Positions 9,076-18,465 of a stretch of 64,000 bases of DNA are shown piece after piece. Each line of letters opens with the position of its first letter. Position 1 is the first letter of the stretch. The stretch comes from Candidatus Aminicenantes bacterium (GTDB lineage: Bacteria > Acidobacteriota > Aminicenantia > Aminicenantales > Aminicenantaceae), in the NCBI GenBank assembly GCA_011042725.1, contig DQWD01000185.1, positions 24,832 to 88,831 on the forward strand, read 5' to 3'. Made by a program: the position numbers and the translations under genes. Below the pieces are notes generated by a model, which was not told the DNA's origin, did no database searches, and saw nothing but the letters and a program-made list of their open reading frames with translations.

Positions 9076-12000
9076 TTATCTAAACTTAACTCGAGTAACC
9101 AGACTGTAAATCGCAGGGATTACAAAAAGGGTGAGGAGGGTGGTGGCAGCTAAACCTCCCATTACGGTGATGGCCATCGGAGCCCTAAAGGAGGCCCCTT
9201 CAGAAGTGGTTAAGGCCATGGGCAACATTCCCAGGATAGTGGTTAAAGCCGTAATCAAGACCGGTCGCAGCCGCACAGTGCATCCTTGCAAAATCGCCTC
9301 CGCGGGTTCTACACCGCGTCTCTTTAACTGATTAATATAATCAACCATAACAATACCATTATTAACCGCAATGCCAGCCAGCATCACAAACCCAATCAGC
9401 ACCGGCAAACTAACCGGTTTACCGGCAATTAAAAGAGCTATGATAACCCCAATTAAAGAAAGAGGCACGGTAAACATGATAACAAAAGGATGAAGAAATG
9501 ACTCAAATTGAGAGGCCATGATCATGTAAACTAACAATATAGCTAGAAGAAAAGCGCCCGCCATGATAATAAAGGCATCTTGCATCTCTTCGTATTGGCC
9601 ACCATACTCGATGAAATACCCACGTGGTAATTGAGTTTCCAAGTCTTTTAGCTGCGCTTTAATATCCTGGATAACACTGCCTAAATCTCGACCAGCAATG
9701 TTGGCTGTAACCGTAACTTCCCGCGCTTGATTCTCCCTGGTGATTTTTATCGGGCCTTCTCCTGGTTCAAGTCTAGCTATCTGCCCGACGGGAATAATTT
9801 GGCCCGTGGGGGTCAAGATGGGGATCCTGAGGATATCTTCAAGATTATCTCGAAACTCCTCCTTAAACCGCACTCTAATGTCATATTCTTCGTTTCCCGA
9901 GCGGTAACGAGTTGCTACTCTTCCCAAAGCCGCAGTCTGAATAGTCTGGGCAACCTGACTAACTTTTATCCCTAACCGAGAAGCTTCATCCCGGTTGATT
10001 CGGAGATGATATTCTGGTTTGGCTTCTGATAAAGAATGTTTCAAATCACGGAGGCCTTCGACATCTTTAATGCGGGAGACGATGGTTTCGGCAATTTCCT
10101 TAAGCAAGGGTATTTCCTGTCCAAATATTTTTATTTCCACTGGATTTCGAGCTCCACCCATGAACATTTGGCCGATATCGACCACTTCAAACTTGACTCC
10201 CTCTAAAGAAGGAAGTTTAGCTCGGATCTTTTCATTGAGTTCAAGGTCCGAGAGTTGGCGATTCTTCTTGTCCACCAACCCCGCCCAAATGATCCCTTCA
10301 TGAGGGCCAGTTGGATTTAATTCTCCAGCGGCCTCGGTGGGATTATCCTCAGCCTGCGATCCGGCTTGAGCGGTTACAATTTGGACATCTGGTTCCTGAG
10401 CGAGGATATCCTCGACCATATGCAATACCCGGTCAGTCTCCTCAATGGTACTTCCTACTGGTAATTTAACTGATAGGATCAGCATAGAGCGATCCATCGG
10501 TGGCATGAATTCTGTCCCCATAAAAGGAATAATAAGCAGAGAAATAACGAAAAGACCAAAAACTCCAGCTAAAACCCAGCGCCGGCGGCGGAGGGAACGC
10601 AAAAGAATCCCGCGGTAGATTTCTCTCATCCGATGAACTCTTTTTGATTTCTTTTTTTCTGGTGAACCATTAATCTGGTTATTGCGATTGGCCTTAAATA
10701 TCAGCGAAGCTACCATGGGAACAACCGTTAAGGCCACAAACAACGAAGAAACCAGAGAAAAAGCAATCGCCAGAGCTAGGCCACGAGTAAGCTGGCCGGT
10801 TATCCCCCGAGCAAAAACCATTGGGAAGAAAACAGCAATAGTGGTCAAGGTGGAGGCAGTAATGGCCATCCCTACTTCGGAAGCTCCCTTTTTGGCCGCC
10901 TTTTCCCGGTCGGCACCTTCTTCAAGGTGGCGAAAGATATTCTCGATGACCACCACAGCATTATCCACCAGCATCCCGATCCCCAAGGCTAACCCTCCTA
11001 AAGTCATCAGGTTAATAGTATAACCAGCTAAATAGAAAGCAATGAAGGTGGTGATAATCGAGAGGGGAATCGCCAAGAAAATAGTAACCGTGGGACGCCA
11101 GTTACGCAAAAAGACCAGAATGAAAATCATGGCTAAAATGCCCCCCACCAGGGCGTTGTTGGCCGTCCTATTAATAACTTTCTGGATCATATCGGCCTGA
11201 TCCATGGCCACATAAAACTCAATATCTGGAGGAAGACTTTCCCTTATTTTGGCCAATTCCTTCTTGATGGCATTTGTGGTCAGCACCGTATTGGCCCCAG
11301 ATCTCTTACTGACAAATAGAAAAACTCCTTTCTGCCCCTGGATACGAGCTCGGTAACGGAAATCTTTTAAAGTATCTCTTACTTCACCCACATCTCGCAG
11401 ATAGATGGGGGTCCCCATAGAAGTTACCCCAACAATAACTTCTTGAATATCTTCCACCGACTGAAATTCCCCTAAGGTTCGAACCAAAAATTCGGTCTGC
11501 CTTTCCACTACCCGCCCCCCAGGCAAATTAAGATTTTCCAGGCTCAAAGAGGCAATAATCTGGTCAACTGATAGCTTATAAGCTTCGAGGGCAGCCGGAT
11601 CAAGTTCGACCAGGATCTCTCGTTCATCCATAGAGAAGACTTGAGCCGACGCTACCCCTTCGATTCTTTCCAACCGCCGGGCCACTTCATCTTCGATTAA
11701 ATCCTTAAGTTCTAAAGTCGGCAGGTTTCCGGTTATGCCGTAGAAGATAATCGGAAATTGGGAAATGTTAAACTTAACTACCAAGGGATCACTGGCTTCC
11801 TCAGGCAAGAAACTCCGGAATTGACTCAACTGCTCCCGGATATCCTGGGTCGCAAAATCTAGATTAGTCCCCCATTCAAACTCCACCATTATCACCGACA
11901 CACCTTCGGAGGTAATAGAGTTAACCTTTTTAACATTACCGACAGTGTTGATTACTTGTTCTAGAGGACGCGTGATCGTATTTTCGATATCCTCAGGTGA

Positions 12001-12162
12001 TGCTCCGGAATAGGTCGTCACTACCGAGACGGTAGGGAATTCTAACTCCGGGAAAAAGTCAAGCCCCAAGCGGGTGTAGGAGATAAATCCCAGCACCACT
12101 AGGATCATGGCCATCATGGCCGTGGTAACTTTACGGTTAACAGAAAACTCAGGGATCTTCAT
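9076..12162 (-). CDS. RND-family efflux transporter permease (AcrB/CzcA type)
   Basis: 1028 aa, 12-TM architecture with two large periplasmic loops. Typical RND motifs are present (..GLDFFPELEFPTVSV.., ..LAIPLSIITTFIAFY..). The stop overlaps the upstream membrane-fusion gene. Confidence 0.9.
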   Translation of the reverse strand: MKIPEFSVNRKVTTAMMAMILVVLGFISYTRLGLDFFPELEFPTVSVVTTYSGASPEDIENTITRPLEQVINTVGNVKKVNSITSEGVSVIMVEFEWGTNLDFATQDIREQLSQFRSFLPEEASDPLVVKFNISQFPIIFYGITGNLPTLELKDLIEDEVARRLERIEGVASAQVFSMDEREILVELDPAALEAYKLSVDQIIASLSLENLNLPGGRVVERQTEFLVRTLGEFQSVEDIQEVIVGVTSMGTPIYLRDVGEVRDTLKDFRYRARIQGQKGVFLFVSKRSGANTVLTTNAIKKELAKIRESLPPDIEFYVAMDQADMIQKVINRTANNALVGGILAMIFILVFLRNWRPTVTIFLAIPLSIITTFIAFYLAGYTINLMTLGGLALGIGMLVDNAVVVIENIFRHLEEGADREKAAKKGASEVGMAITASTLTTIAVFFPMVFARGITGQLTRGLALAIAFSLVSSLFVALTVVPMVASLIFKANRNNQINGSPEKKKSKRVHRMREIYRGILLRSLRRRRWVLAGVFGLFVISLLIIPFMGTEFMPPMDRSMLILSVKLPVGSTIEETDRVLHMVEDILAQEPDVQIVTAQAGSQAEDNPTEAAGELNPTGPHEGIIWAGLVDKKNRQLSDLELNEKIRAKLPSLEGVKFEVVDIGQMFMGGARNPVEIKIFGQEIPLLKEIAETIVSRIKDVEGLRDLKHSLSEAKPEYHLRINRDEASRLGIKVSQVAQTIQTAALGRVATRYRSGNEEYDIRVRFKEEFRDNLEDILRIPILTPTGQIIPVGQIARLEPGEGPIKITRENQAREVTVTANIAGRDLGSVIQDIKAQLKDLETQLPRGYFIEYGGQYEEMQDAFIIMAGAFLLAILLVYMIMASQFESFLHPFVIMFTVPLSLIGVIIALLIAGKPVSLPVLIGFVMLAGIAVNNGIVMVDYINQLKRRGVEPAEAILQGCTVRLRPVLITALTTILGMLPMALTTSEGASFRAPMAITVMGGLAATTLLTLFVIPAIYSLVTRVKFR

Positions 12163-13328
12163 GGTCGTTCTCCTTCAATCTTGACCTTAGCTCCGTCGGC
12201 TAACCCGAGAGTGCCTTCTACCACCACTAACTCTCCCGGCTGAAGACCACTTAAGATTTCCACCTTTTCGGTGTTCTGTAGCCCTAGCTGGACTTCTCGG
12301 CGATGTGCCACCCCGCTTTCGATAACAAAAACATATTTATCTTCAACCACAGCTTCTTGGGGAACAACGATGGCTTCGGGGTGGGTGTTAACTTCAATGA
12401 TGACCTGACAAAAGGTGTTGGGTTTAAGTAATAATTCGGGGTTAGAAGCCCACACTTCCACTCTAAACTTCTTGCTCAGTGGATCGGCTGTTTGGTTAAC
12501 GATGGCCACTTCACCGGCAAACTGGCGTTGGGGATAGGTGTCTATGCGAACATAAGCCCGTTGTTTCTTCTTTATTCTAACGATATCACTTTGGGAGACT
12601 TCGATCTTGATTTTTACCTTGCAGTAATCGATAAGAGTCAAAACACCTGAATTGGGAGAAAAGCCGCCCATCATCGGATTGATTACATCACCCACATCAG
12701 CATTGCGGGAGGCCACCACCCCGGAAAAGGGAGCCTTCATCTTGGAAACTTCCAGGTTATGACGAACCAGATTTAATGAGGCTTGGGCCTGTTTCCACTG
12801 GGCTTCGGCGGTATCATAAGCCAACTTTATCTTCTCGTATTGCTGTTCGGAGACCGCTTTTTCAGCTATTAATCTCTTCATTCTTTCAAAGTTGCGCTGG
12901 GCATCGGCCCGATTAGCTTCGGCCACAGCCAAGGCGGCTTCAGCTTGCTTCAATTGTAAATCTAAGGCCCGCGTATCAAGCTCGGCCAACAGTTGTCCCT
13001 TCTGGACAAGATCGCCTTCATTAACATAGATGCGAGCTACTTTACCCGCAATCTCTGGAGTGACGTTTACCTGTTGCCAAGCTTCAATTATGCCGGTATA
13101 AGTCAGTTTTTCTGAAATTTCTTCCCGCGCCACGGAGATCACCCGCACCGGATTAGGAGCTACTTCGGCAGAAGCCTGCTTTTCATCTACCGCCGTCTGG
13201 CGGCAACCTATTAGCCAACTAAAGAAAATAACACTCACCATCATTAAAGGGACTAATCTGGCCTTCTTATCCTTCATGACAACCTCCTTAACGGTCTTAA
13301 CCCACTTGGGGGATGTGTGCCTTCTCAT
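12159..13328 (-). CDS. RND efflux periplasmic adaptor (membrane fusion protein, HlyD family)
   Basis: Lipoprotein-like N-terminus (..FFSWLIGC), a coiled-coil hairpin (LDLQLKQAEAALAVAEANRADAQRNFERMKRL) and a beta-barrel/MP domain. A 4-nt overlap with the upstream tolC implies translational coupling. The true start could be the internal Met (MKDKKARL). Confidence 0.85.
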   Translation of the reverse strand: MRRHTSPKWVKTVKEVVMKDKKARLVPLMMVSVIFFSWLIGCRQTAVDEKQASAEVAPNPVRVISVAREEISEKLTYTGIIEAWQQVNVTPEIAGKVARIYVNEGDLVQKGQLLAELDTRALDLQLKQAEAALAVAEANRADAQRNFERMKRLIAEKAVSEQQYEKIKLAYDTAEAQWKQAQASLNLVRHNLEVSKMKAPFSGVVASRNADVGDVINPMMGGFSPNSGVLTLIDYCKVKIKIEVSQSDIVRIKKKQRAYVRIDTYPQRQFAGEVAIVNQTADPLSKKFRVEVWASNPELLLKPNTFCQVIIEVNTHPEAIVVPQEAVVEDKYVFVIESGVAHRREVQLGLQNTEKVEILSGLQPGELVVVEGTLGLADGAKVKIEGERP

Positions 13329-14665
13329 TCTTTTCCTCCTAAGGAAGTACCCATCGCTTTCTCTAAAGCCGCCTGGGCTAGCATATAATCATACAAAGCT
13401 TGGGAATAGTTTGTCTTCGCTTGGGATAAAGCGGTTTGGGCCGAGCTTACATCAAGGGTTGTGACTAAACCCTCGGCATAATTCAATTCGGCAATCCGCA
13501 AACTCTCCTGAGCTTGTTCAACATTTTTTCCTTGGGAAAGAAGCGATTCTTCTGCTTCTTTAAGACGCAGCAAGGCCTGAGAGACTTCAAACCGGATGAG
13601 ATTCACTAAGCCTTGCCGGGTATTCTCCAACTCTCGCAAAGCAGCTTTGGATTGCGCGACCCGGGCTGAAGTCGCAAAACCGTTGAAAAGGGGAATACTC
13701 ACCACGAGGTTCACGGAATAATAATCAGACCAGGTGTCTTTTTTAAATTTAAATTGATCGGACCAATAATTAAAATTCCCGGAGACGGCCACCGTGGGCA
13801 ATCCAGAAGCCCGGGCCAGGCCAATCATCGCCGCTGTTCTTTGTTTTTGGAAATTCAATTGTAATAACTCGGGCCGATTCTGGAGAGCTATTTGATAACA
13901 TTCTTCTTCGTTGATTGTAAAAGGCTGGTACTGGAGGGATCCTTTTATTTCAATTGGCGTTTCTAAACTGAGTCCCAGGACTGTTTTCAAGCTAAGCTCA
14001 GTAATCTTTAAATTATTTCGCGCCCGAATAAGTTGGGGCTGAAGATTGGCTAATTGAACCTCGGAGCGGAGCAAGTCAAATTTCGAAGCTAATCCTACTT
14101 CATAAAGGGCTTTAACATTATCCAAGTGCTTCTGGGCCAGATCGACAGCTTCTTCGGCCACCTGAACAAACTCTTTAGCTAATAAATAGCCATAAAAGGC
14201 CTGCTTGGTTTGATAAACTATTTCTTGCTTGGTTTGGCGAACCATCTCTTGAGTGGCTTTCAAGCCATACTGGGCTTGTTTAAAATTAGAAGTTAACCGT
14301 CCTCCGGTAAAGAGAGGCAGGTTTAACGAAAGAGAGAACTGATAGTCCCGGGTAAAATCGATCTCCACCCGCTGTGGAGGTTGCCCAGGAATCATCGAGG
14401 GAAATTCAAGCTCCATCACCTTTTCATCCAAGGTGTGCATGCCTTGAGCATTTAGGGATGGAAAAAACTGCGCGGCCGCTTCCCGCACTGATGATTGCGC
14501 CGCTTTTAATCTTTCCTGGGCGGCCAATTGATTGGGGTTTTTAGCCAAGGCTATCTGGACACTCTTTTCTAGGGTCAATACTAATGGCTCTTCCGAAAAG
14601 GCCACCATTGAAAATAGAAAAAAGCCAATTAAACTCAACCCAATAACTTTGGTCTTCATAGCCAC
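13325..14665 (-). CDS. TolC-family outer-membrane efflux protein
   Basis: 446 aa. Signal peptide, two repeats of the OEP helical/beta motif, and a C-terminus typical of TolC/OprM-like proteins. Confidence 0.85.
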   Translation of the reverse strand: MAMKTKVIGLSLIGFFLFSMVAFSEEPLVLTLEKSVQIALAKNPNQLAAQERLKAAQSSVREAAAQFFPSLNAQGMHTLDEKVMELEFPSMIPGQPPQRVEIDFTRDYQFSLSLNLPLFTGGRLTSNFKQAQYGLKATQEMVRQTKQEIVYQTKQAFYGYLLAKEFVQVAEEAVDLAQKHLDNVKALYEVGLASKFDLLRSEVQLANLQPQLIRARNNLKITELSLKTVLGLSLETPIEIKGSLQYQPFTINEEECYQIALQNRPELLQLNFQKQRTAAMIGLARASGLPTVAVSGNFNYWSDQFKFKKDTWSDYYSVNLVVSIPLFNGFATSARVAQSKAALRELENTRQGLVNLIRFEVSQALLRLKEAEESLLSQGKNVEQAQESLRIAELNYAEGLVTTLDVSSAQTALSQAKTNYSQALYDYMLAQAALEKAMGTSLGGKE

Positions 14666-14670
14666 TCTCC

Positions 14671-15333
14671 TTAACTGATTTTCTTTGGCTGGTTTGATCG
14701 CGCAATTCCATAAAGAAAATACCGGCTCACCAGCTCGCTGGCTTGATGAGGTGAATATTCCTTTCTGCCCAGCGGGCCACGAAAGACAAAACCCCTTACT
14801 AAACTGCCGAGGATAAAACTAGCATCTTCGGGATCAACAGGAGCAAATACTCCTTGGTCAATGCCTTCCCTTATCACTTCGTTGATCGTCTCCGACAGCT
14901 CTAACAATTTTTTTCTCAAATTATTAGGAATCTGGGGGTGATGCTCACCCGGGCTCACCTCTTGTCTCTTCCTAGCGAACATTCTTTCCAAGAAAAGGGC
15001 CCGGCCGATATTCTTTTTCTTGTGATAAAACTTAAAAATGGCCACTACTATCTTTTTTATCTTCTCCTCGGGGGAAAAGTTTTTTCGCTGAATTGCCGTC
15101 AACTGGACTCCTAAGTCTCCTAAAGAATTCTGAATGACGCTAAAAAATAAATCTTGCTTACCTGCAAAATACCGATACAAGGTAGCTTTGGAAAATTGAG
15201 TTTCCTGAGCAATAAGATCCATCGAAGTCTGACTATAGCCAAAGCGACTAAAAACATCTTCGGCTATTCCTAAGATGAAATTGCGATTTTGTTGATAATG
15301 TAATTCCCGCCTTTTTTCCCTTAATTCTTTCAT
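14671..15333 (-). CDS. TetR/AcrR-family transcriptional regulator, probable regulator of the efflux operon
   Basis: N-terminal helix-turn-helix ..QTSMDLIAQETQFSKATLYRYFAGKQDLF, the TetR signature. Placed first in a co-directional tetR-tolC-mfp-rnd block. Start set to the internal Met (MKELREKRRE); the ORF-track start at 15387 is also possible. Confidence 0.8.
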   Translation of the reverse strand: MKELREKRRELHYQQNRNFILGIAEDVFSRFGYSQTSMDLIAQETQFSKATLYRYFAGKQDLFFSVIQNSLGDLGVQLTAIQRKNFSPEEKIKKIVVAIFKFYHKKKNIGRALFLERMFARKRQEVSPGEHHPQIPNNLRKKLLELSETINEVIREGIDQGVFAPVDPEDASFILGSLVRGFVFRGPLGRKEYSPHQASELVSRYFLYGIARSNQPKKIS

Positions 15334-15405
15334 TTTTTTCTTCTTTCTCTTAAAATAAGAGATGACCATTGGGCCCAAAAAGGGCAATTATTTATTAAAC
15401 CTTTT

Positions 15406-15443
15406 AGTTCATTAATTAAACTTATTAGTTTCATAATTAAACC
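15406..15443. promoter_or_regulatory. Two imperfect direct repeats (AGTTCATTAATTAAAC and AGTTTCATAATTAAACC) in the tetR / AhpD-like divergent promoter region; candidate TetR operator
   Basis: Seen directly in the sequence. The first repeat contains the 8-bp palindrome TTAATTAA. Both lie within 100 bp upstream of the tetR start. Confidence 0.3.
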
Positions 15444-15644
15444 AAAGAGTAAATTTACCTTCATTTGGAAAATCTGTCAAGGAGCTTATGTTTACTCGGC
15501 GGCCTTTGGTCTAATAGAAGAGCTGCTTTGGTAAACTTAAAAAAAGAAGGCTCCCCGGTTGTCTCTTAAACCAAGTAACCTCCGTTTCCAATTAGATTGA
15601 AAAAGATCAGGATTTAAAATATAAGCTATGGGAAGGAGGTCTCC

Positions 15645-15995
15645 ATGACGGACGAGATCAAGAGATTCAATTTGTTCCGGGCCAGAATGAATCAACGTAT
15701 TCTAGGGAGCGGTCATCTCGGAATCAAACGATTCTTCGGCCTTGACTCCGCTGCGTATCGGGAAGGAGCCTTACCAGCCAAAACTAAAGAACTCCTGGGA
15801 TTGGTAGCTTCTCTTGTCTTGCGCTGTAACGACTGTGTAACTTATCACTTAATTCGGTGCGTAGAAGCTGGTTATTCGGATGAAGAAATCATTGATGCTC
15901 TTAACGTCGGGCTGGTGGTAGGAGGCTCCATCGTTATTCCTCATCTTCGCTTGGCTTTTGCCCGTTTAGATGAAATCAGAGCTCAAACAAAGTAA
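15645..15995 (+). CDS. Carboxymuconolactone decarboxylase / AhpD-like family protein
   Basis: 116 aa with ..LVLRCNDCVTYHLIRCVEAGYSDEEI.., the CxxC...H core of the AhpD/CMD fold. Confidence 0.8.
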   Translation: MTDEIKRFNLFRARMNQRILGSGHLGIKRFFGLDSAAYREGALPAKTKELLGLVASLVLRCNDCVTYHLIRCVEAGYSDEEIIDALNVGLVVGGSIVIPHLRLAFARLDEIRAQTK

Positions 15996-16008
15996 AAAGG
16001 AACAAAAA

Positions 16009-16914
16009 TCAGGCTCGCGGATGAAACTGATCATAAACCCGTCTTAAACGGGATTGGGTCACATGAGTATATATCTGGGTGGTAGTAATTTGGCTGTGAC
16101 CGAGCATTAATTGAACCGACCGAAGATCAGCTCCCCGCTCCAACAGGTGCGTAGCAAAAGAGTGACGAAGCACATGGGGACTCACCTGGCGCCTTATTCC
16201 TGCTTGCTGACAATATTTTTTGATAATTTTCCAGACCGCCTGGCGAGTTAATCCTTTTCCCCAGGCAGAAAGAAAGATAATCGAAGTGTCATCCTTTATC
16301 CACTGCGGACGGACTCGAGTTAAGTATTCCTGGATAAAATTAATTGCCTTCTCTCCCAGAGGAATGATTCTTTCCTTATTTCCTTTTCCCCGGCAGATTA
16401 GAAATCTCTCTTGGCAGTGAAGATCGGTGGTTTTTAAATGCACAACTTCTGAAACCCGAACTCCAGTAGCATACATCAATTCGAGCAAGGCTCGATCACG
16501 AAGTCCTCGGGAATTTCGAAGATCGGGCTGGGCCAATAATTTTTCCACCTCCTCCAGGGTTAAGAAACCAGGAAGAGTTTTCCAGGCTTTGGGAGCTGAA
16601 AAACCAGCCACCGGATTGTGCCGAAGATATCCCTCCATCACCAATAAGCGAAAAAATGATTTTAAGGTGGATAAACAGCGCGCCATCGATTTGGGAGATA
16701 GTCCCTGCCGGGTTAATTTCTGGAGAAAACAAGTTATATGCTCTTCTTTTAACTGGGTTAGAGATATTTTATTTCGCTTTAAATAACCAATAAATTTATT
16801 TAAATCACGGCCATAGGCCATAATAGTATTGGCCGAGAGTCCTTTTTCTACGGCTAGATAATTCAAAAAGATAGAGCGCCCCTCCTTTAGCGAGGATAAC
16901 TTCTTGAGTTTCAT
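16009..16914 (-). CDS. Tyrosine site-specific recombinase of the XerC/XerD family
   Basis: 301 aa. The catalytic region HVLRHSFATHLLERGADLRSVQLMLGHSQITTTQIYTHV and the C-terminal ..HPRA are typical of XerD/XerC. No flanking repeats or phage genes are present. Confidence 0.85.
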   Translation of the reverse strand: MKLKKLSSLKEGRSIFLNYLAVEKGLSANTIMAYGRDLNKFIGYLKRNKISLTQLKEEHITCFLQKLTRQGLSPKSMARCLSTLKSFFRLLVMEGYLRHNPVAGFSAPKAWKTLPGFLTLEEVEKLLAQPDLRNSRGLRDRALLELMYATGVRVSEVVHLKTTDLHCQERFLICRGKGNKERIIPLGEKAINFIQEYLTRVRPQWIKDDTSIIFLSAWGKGLTRQAVWKIIKKYCQQAGIRRQVSPHVLRHSFATHLLERGADLRSVQLMLGHSQITTTQIYTHVTQSRLRRVYDQFHPRA

Positions 16915-17567
16915 GGCAGGAAGGGATTGTCGTTCTTTTCTTGCCCCACGCTCGTCATGGGCCCATGGCCAGGAAGAACTATCGTTTCCTCAGGAAGAGT
17001 CAATATCTTCTCTATAAGGGAAGCTCTTAACTGAGACCAATCACCGCCCGGCAAATCAGTTCTCCCCACCCCTCCATTAAAAAGAGTATCGCCCGAAAAA
17101 ATAAGTCCATCCCCGAGTAAGCTAACACTCCCCGGGGTATGACCGGGGGTATGAAGAATCTTTAATCTTTGCTGACCGAAGGTAACTTCCAGGCCCTCGA
17201 CCAAAAATTTATCAGGGGGTGGGGAAGGTCTTGCCTGGAGAAAAAAGCTTAATTCGCCCAGATGGGCCTGCTCCAAGATGGGAACATCATCTTGGTGAAT
17301 GAACAACGGCACCGCAAACTTATCCTTGATGTCCTGATTGGCCCCAATATGATCAACATGACCATGCGTGTTGACAATGGCCACGGGATGCAAATTATTC
17401 TCATTAATAGCTTTTATTATTTGATCAGGTTGAGCACCAGGGTCAACTACCACACATTCTCGCGTCTCTGGACAATAAACAAGATAACAATTTGTCTCTA
17501 AAGGCCCAACGACAACGGTAATAAATTCCATTTGTTTCATCATATTCACCTTCTTCATATCAGTCAA
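16911..17567 (-). CDS. MBL-fold metallo-hydrolase (glyoxalase II-like)
   Basis: HGHVDHIG metal-binding motif, later His/Asp ligands (..LHTPGHTPGS.., ..GDTLF..). The stop overlaps the xer gene by 4 nt. Confidence 0.8.
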   Translation of the reverse strand: MTDMKKVNMMKQMEFITVVVGPLETNCYLVYCPETRECVVVDPGAQPDQIIKAINENNLHPVAIVNTHGHVDHIGANQDIKDKFAVPLFIHQDDVPILEQAHLGELSFFLQARPSPPPDKFLVEGLEVTFGQQRLKILHTPGHTPGSVSLLGDGLIFSGDTLFNGGVGRTDLPGGDWSQLRASLIEKILTLPEETIVLPGHGPMTSVGQEKNDNPFLP

Positions 17568-17645
17568 GACAACCCGCCCATGATTTTTTTACCTAGCCGC
17601 CAGCTTCATTTACATTTTAAATAAAAAAGGGTAAAATCCATCTCC

Positions 17646-18446
17646 ATGGACGAGAAGAATTGGCAATTACAACTCTTTGCTCGATCAATCAAAAAAAAAG
17701 ATAAATTTGCCCTTCTCCAAAAATCCTTAATCATTGATGCCCAAGATCAAATTCTTGACCTTGGATGCGCCCAAGGTCTCTTAAGTTATCTTCTCAAACA
17801 AAAAGGCGGCTATTGGGTGCATGCCGACTTGGACTGGACCAATCTTCTCTCGGCCCGGCCCTTACTTGAGAAAAATTTAATTCAAACTGATAGTCATTCT
17901 TTACCTTTGGCCTCAGCTGCGTTTACTAAGGTGCTTTGTCTTGATTATCTCGAGCATGTCGACGATGACGAACAATGCTTGCAAGAGATCAACCGGGTAC
18001 TGCGCCTACAAGGACAACTAATCCTGGCAGTACCGCAAACCGGACCTTTTTTTCTTCTCCATCGACTTCGGTCATGGTTAGGATTAAAGCTTGAAGATTA
18101 CGGTCATAAACGAGAGGGATATCGCTTAAACCAACTTCAAGACAAACTAGCCCGCCATGGATTTAAGGTCAGCCATTACTCTACCTTTGCTAAATTTTTC
18201 TCGGAAATTATCGAACTTCTTCTTAATTTCATTTATATTAAACTGCTCGCCACCAAGGCGATTCCTGGCCTCAGGGATGGTCACATCCGGCCGATGTCAG
18301 CTCAAGAATTCACCCAACAAAAGAAATCATTTCGTCTCTATTCAATCGTTTATCCTTTACTCTGGGGCCTATCCCGATTGGATAAACTTTTAGTCTTTTC
18401 CAACGGCTACAGCTTACTTATCTGGGCGACAAAAATCAGAGACTGA
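17646..18446 (+). CDS. Class I SAM-dependent methyltransferase
   Basis: ILDLGCAQG (motif I) and LCLDYLEHVDD (motif II/III-like). 266 aa. Confidence 0.7.
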   Translation: MDEKNWQLQLFARSIKKKDKFALLQKSLIIDAQDQILDLGCAQGLLSYLLKQKGGYWVHADLDWTNLLSARPLLEKNLIQTDSHSLPLASAAFTKVLCLDYLEHVDDDEQCLQEINRVLRLQGQLILAVPQTGPFFLLHRLRSWLGLKLEDYGHKREGYRLNQLQDKLARHGFKVSHYSTFAKFFSEIIELLLNFIYIKLLATKAIPGLRDGHIRPMSAQEFTQQKKSFRLYSIVYPLLWGLSRLDKLLVFSNGYSLLIWATKIRD

Positions 18447-18465
18447 GCCCAACTGGAAGGAGAGA

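Noticed and set aside
16009-16914. The tyrosine recombinase considered as an integrase marking a mobile island
   Set aside because: It has the housekeeping XerC/XerD-type C-terminus (..HPRA). No flanking direct repeats, tRNA gene, phage genes or other mobile-element genes are adjacent. The neighbouring genes are ordinary metabolic genes.
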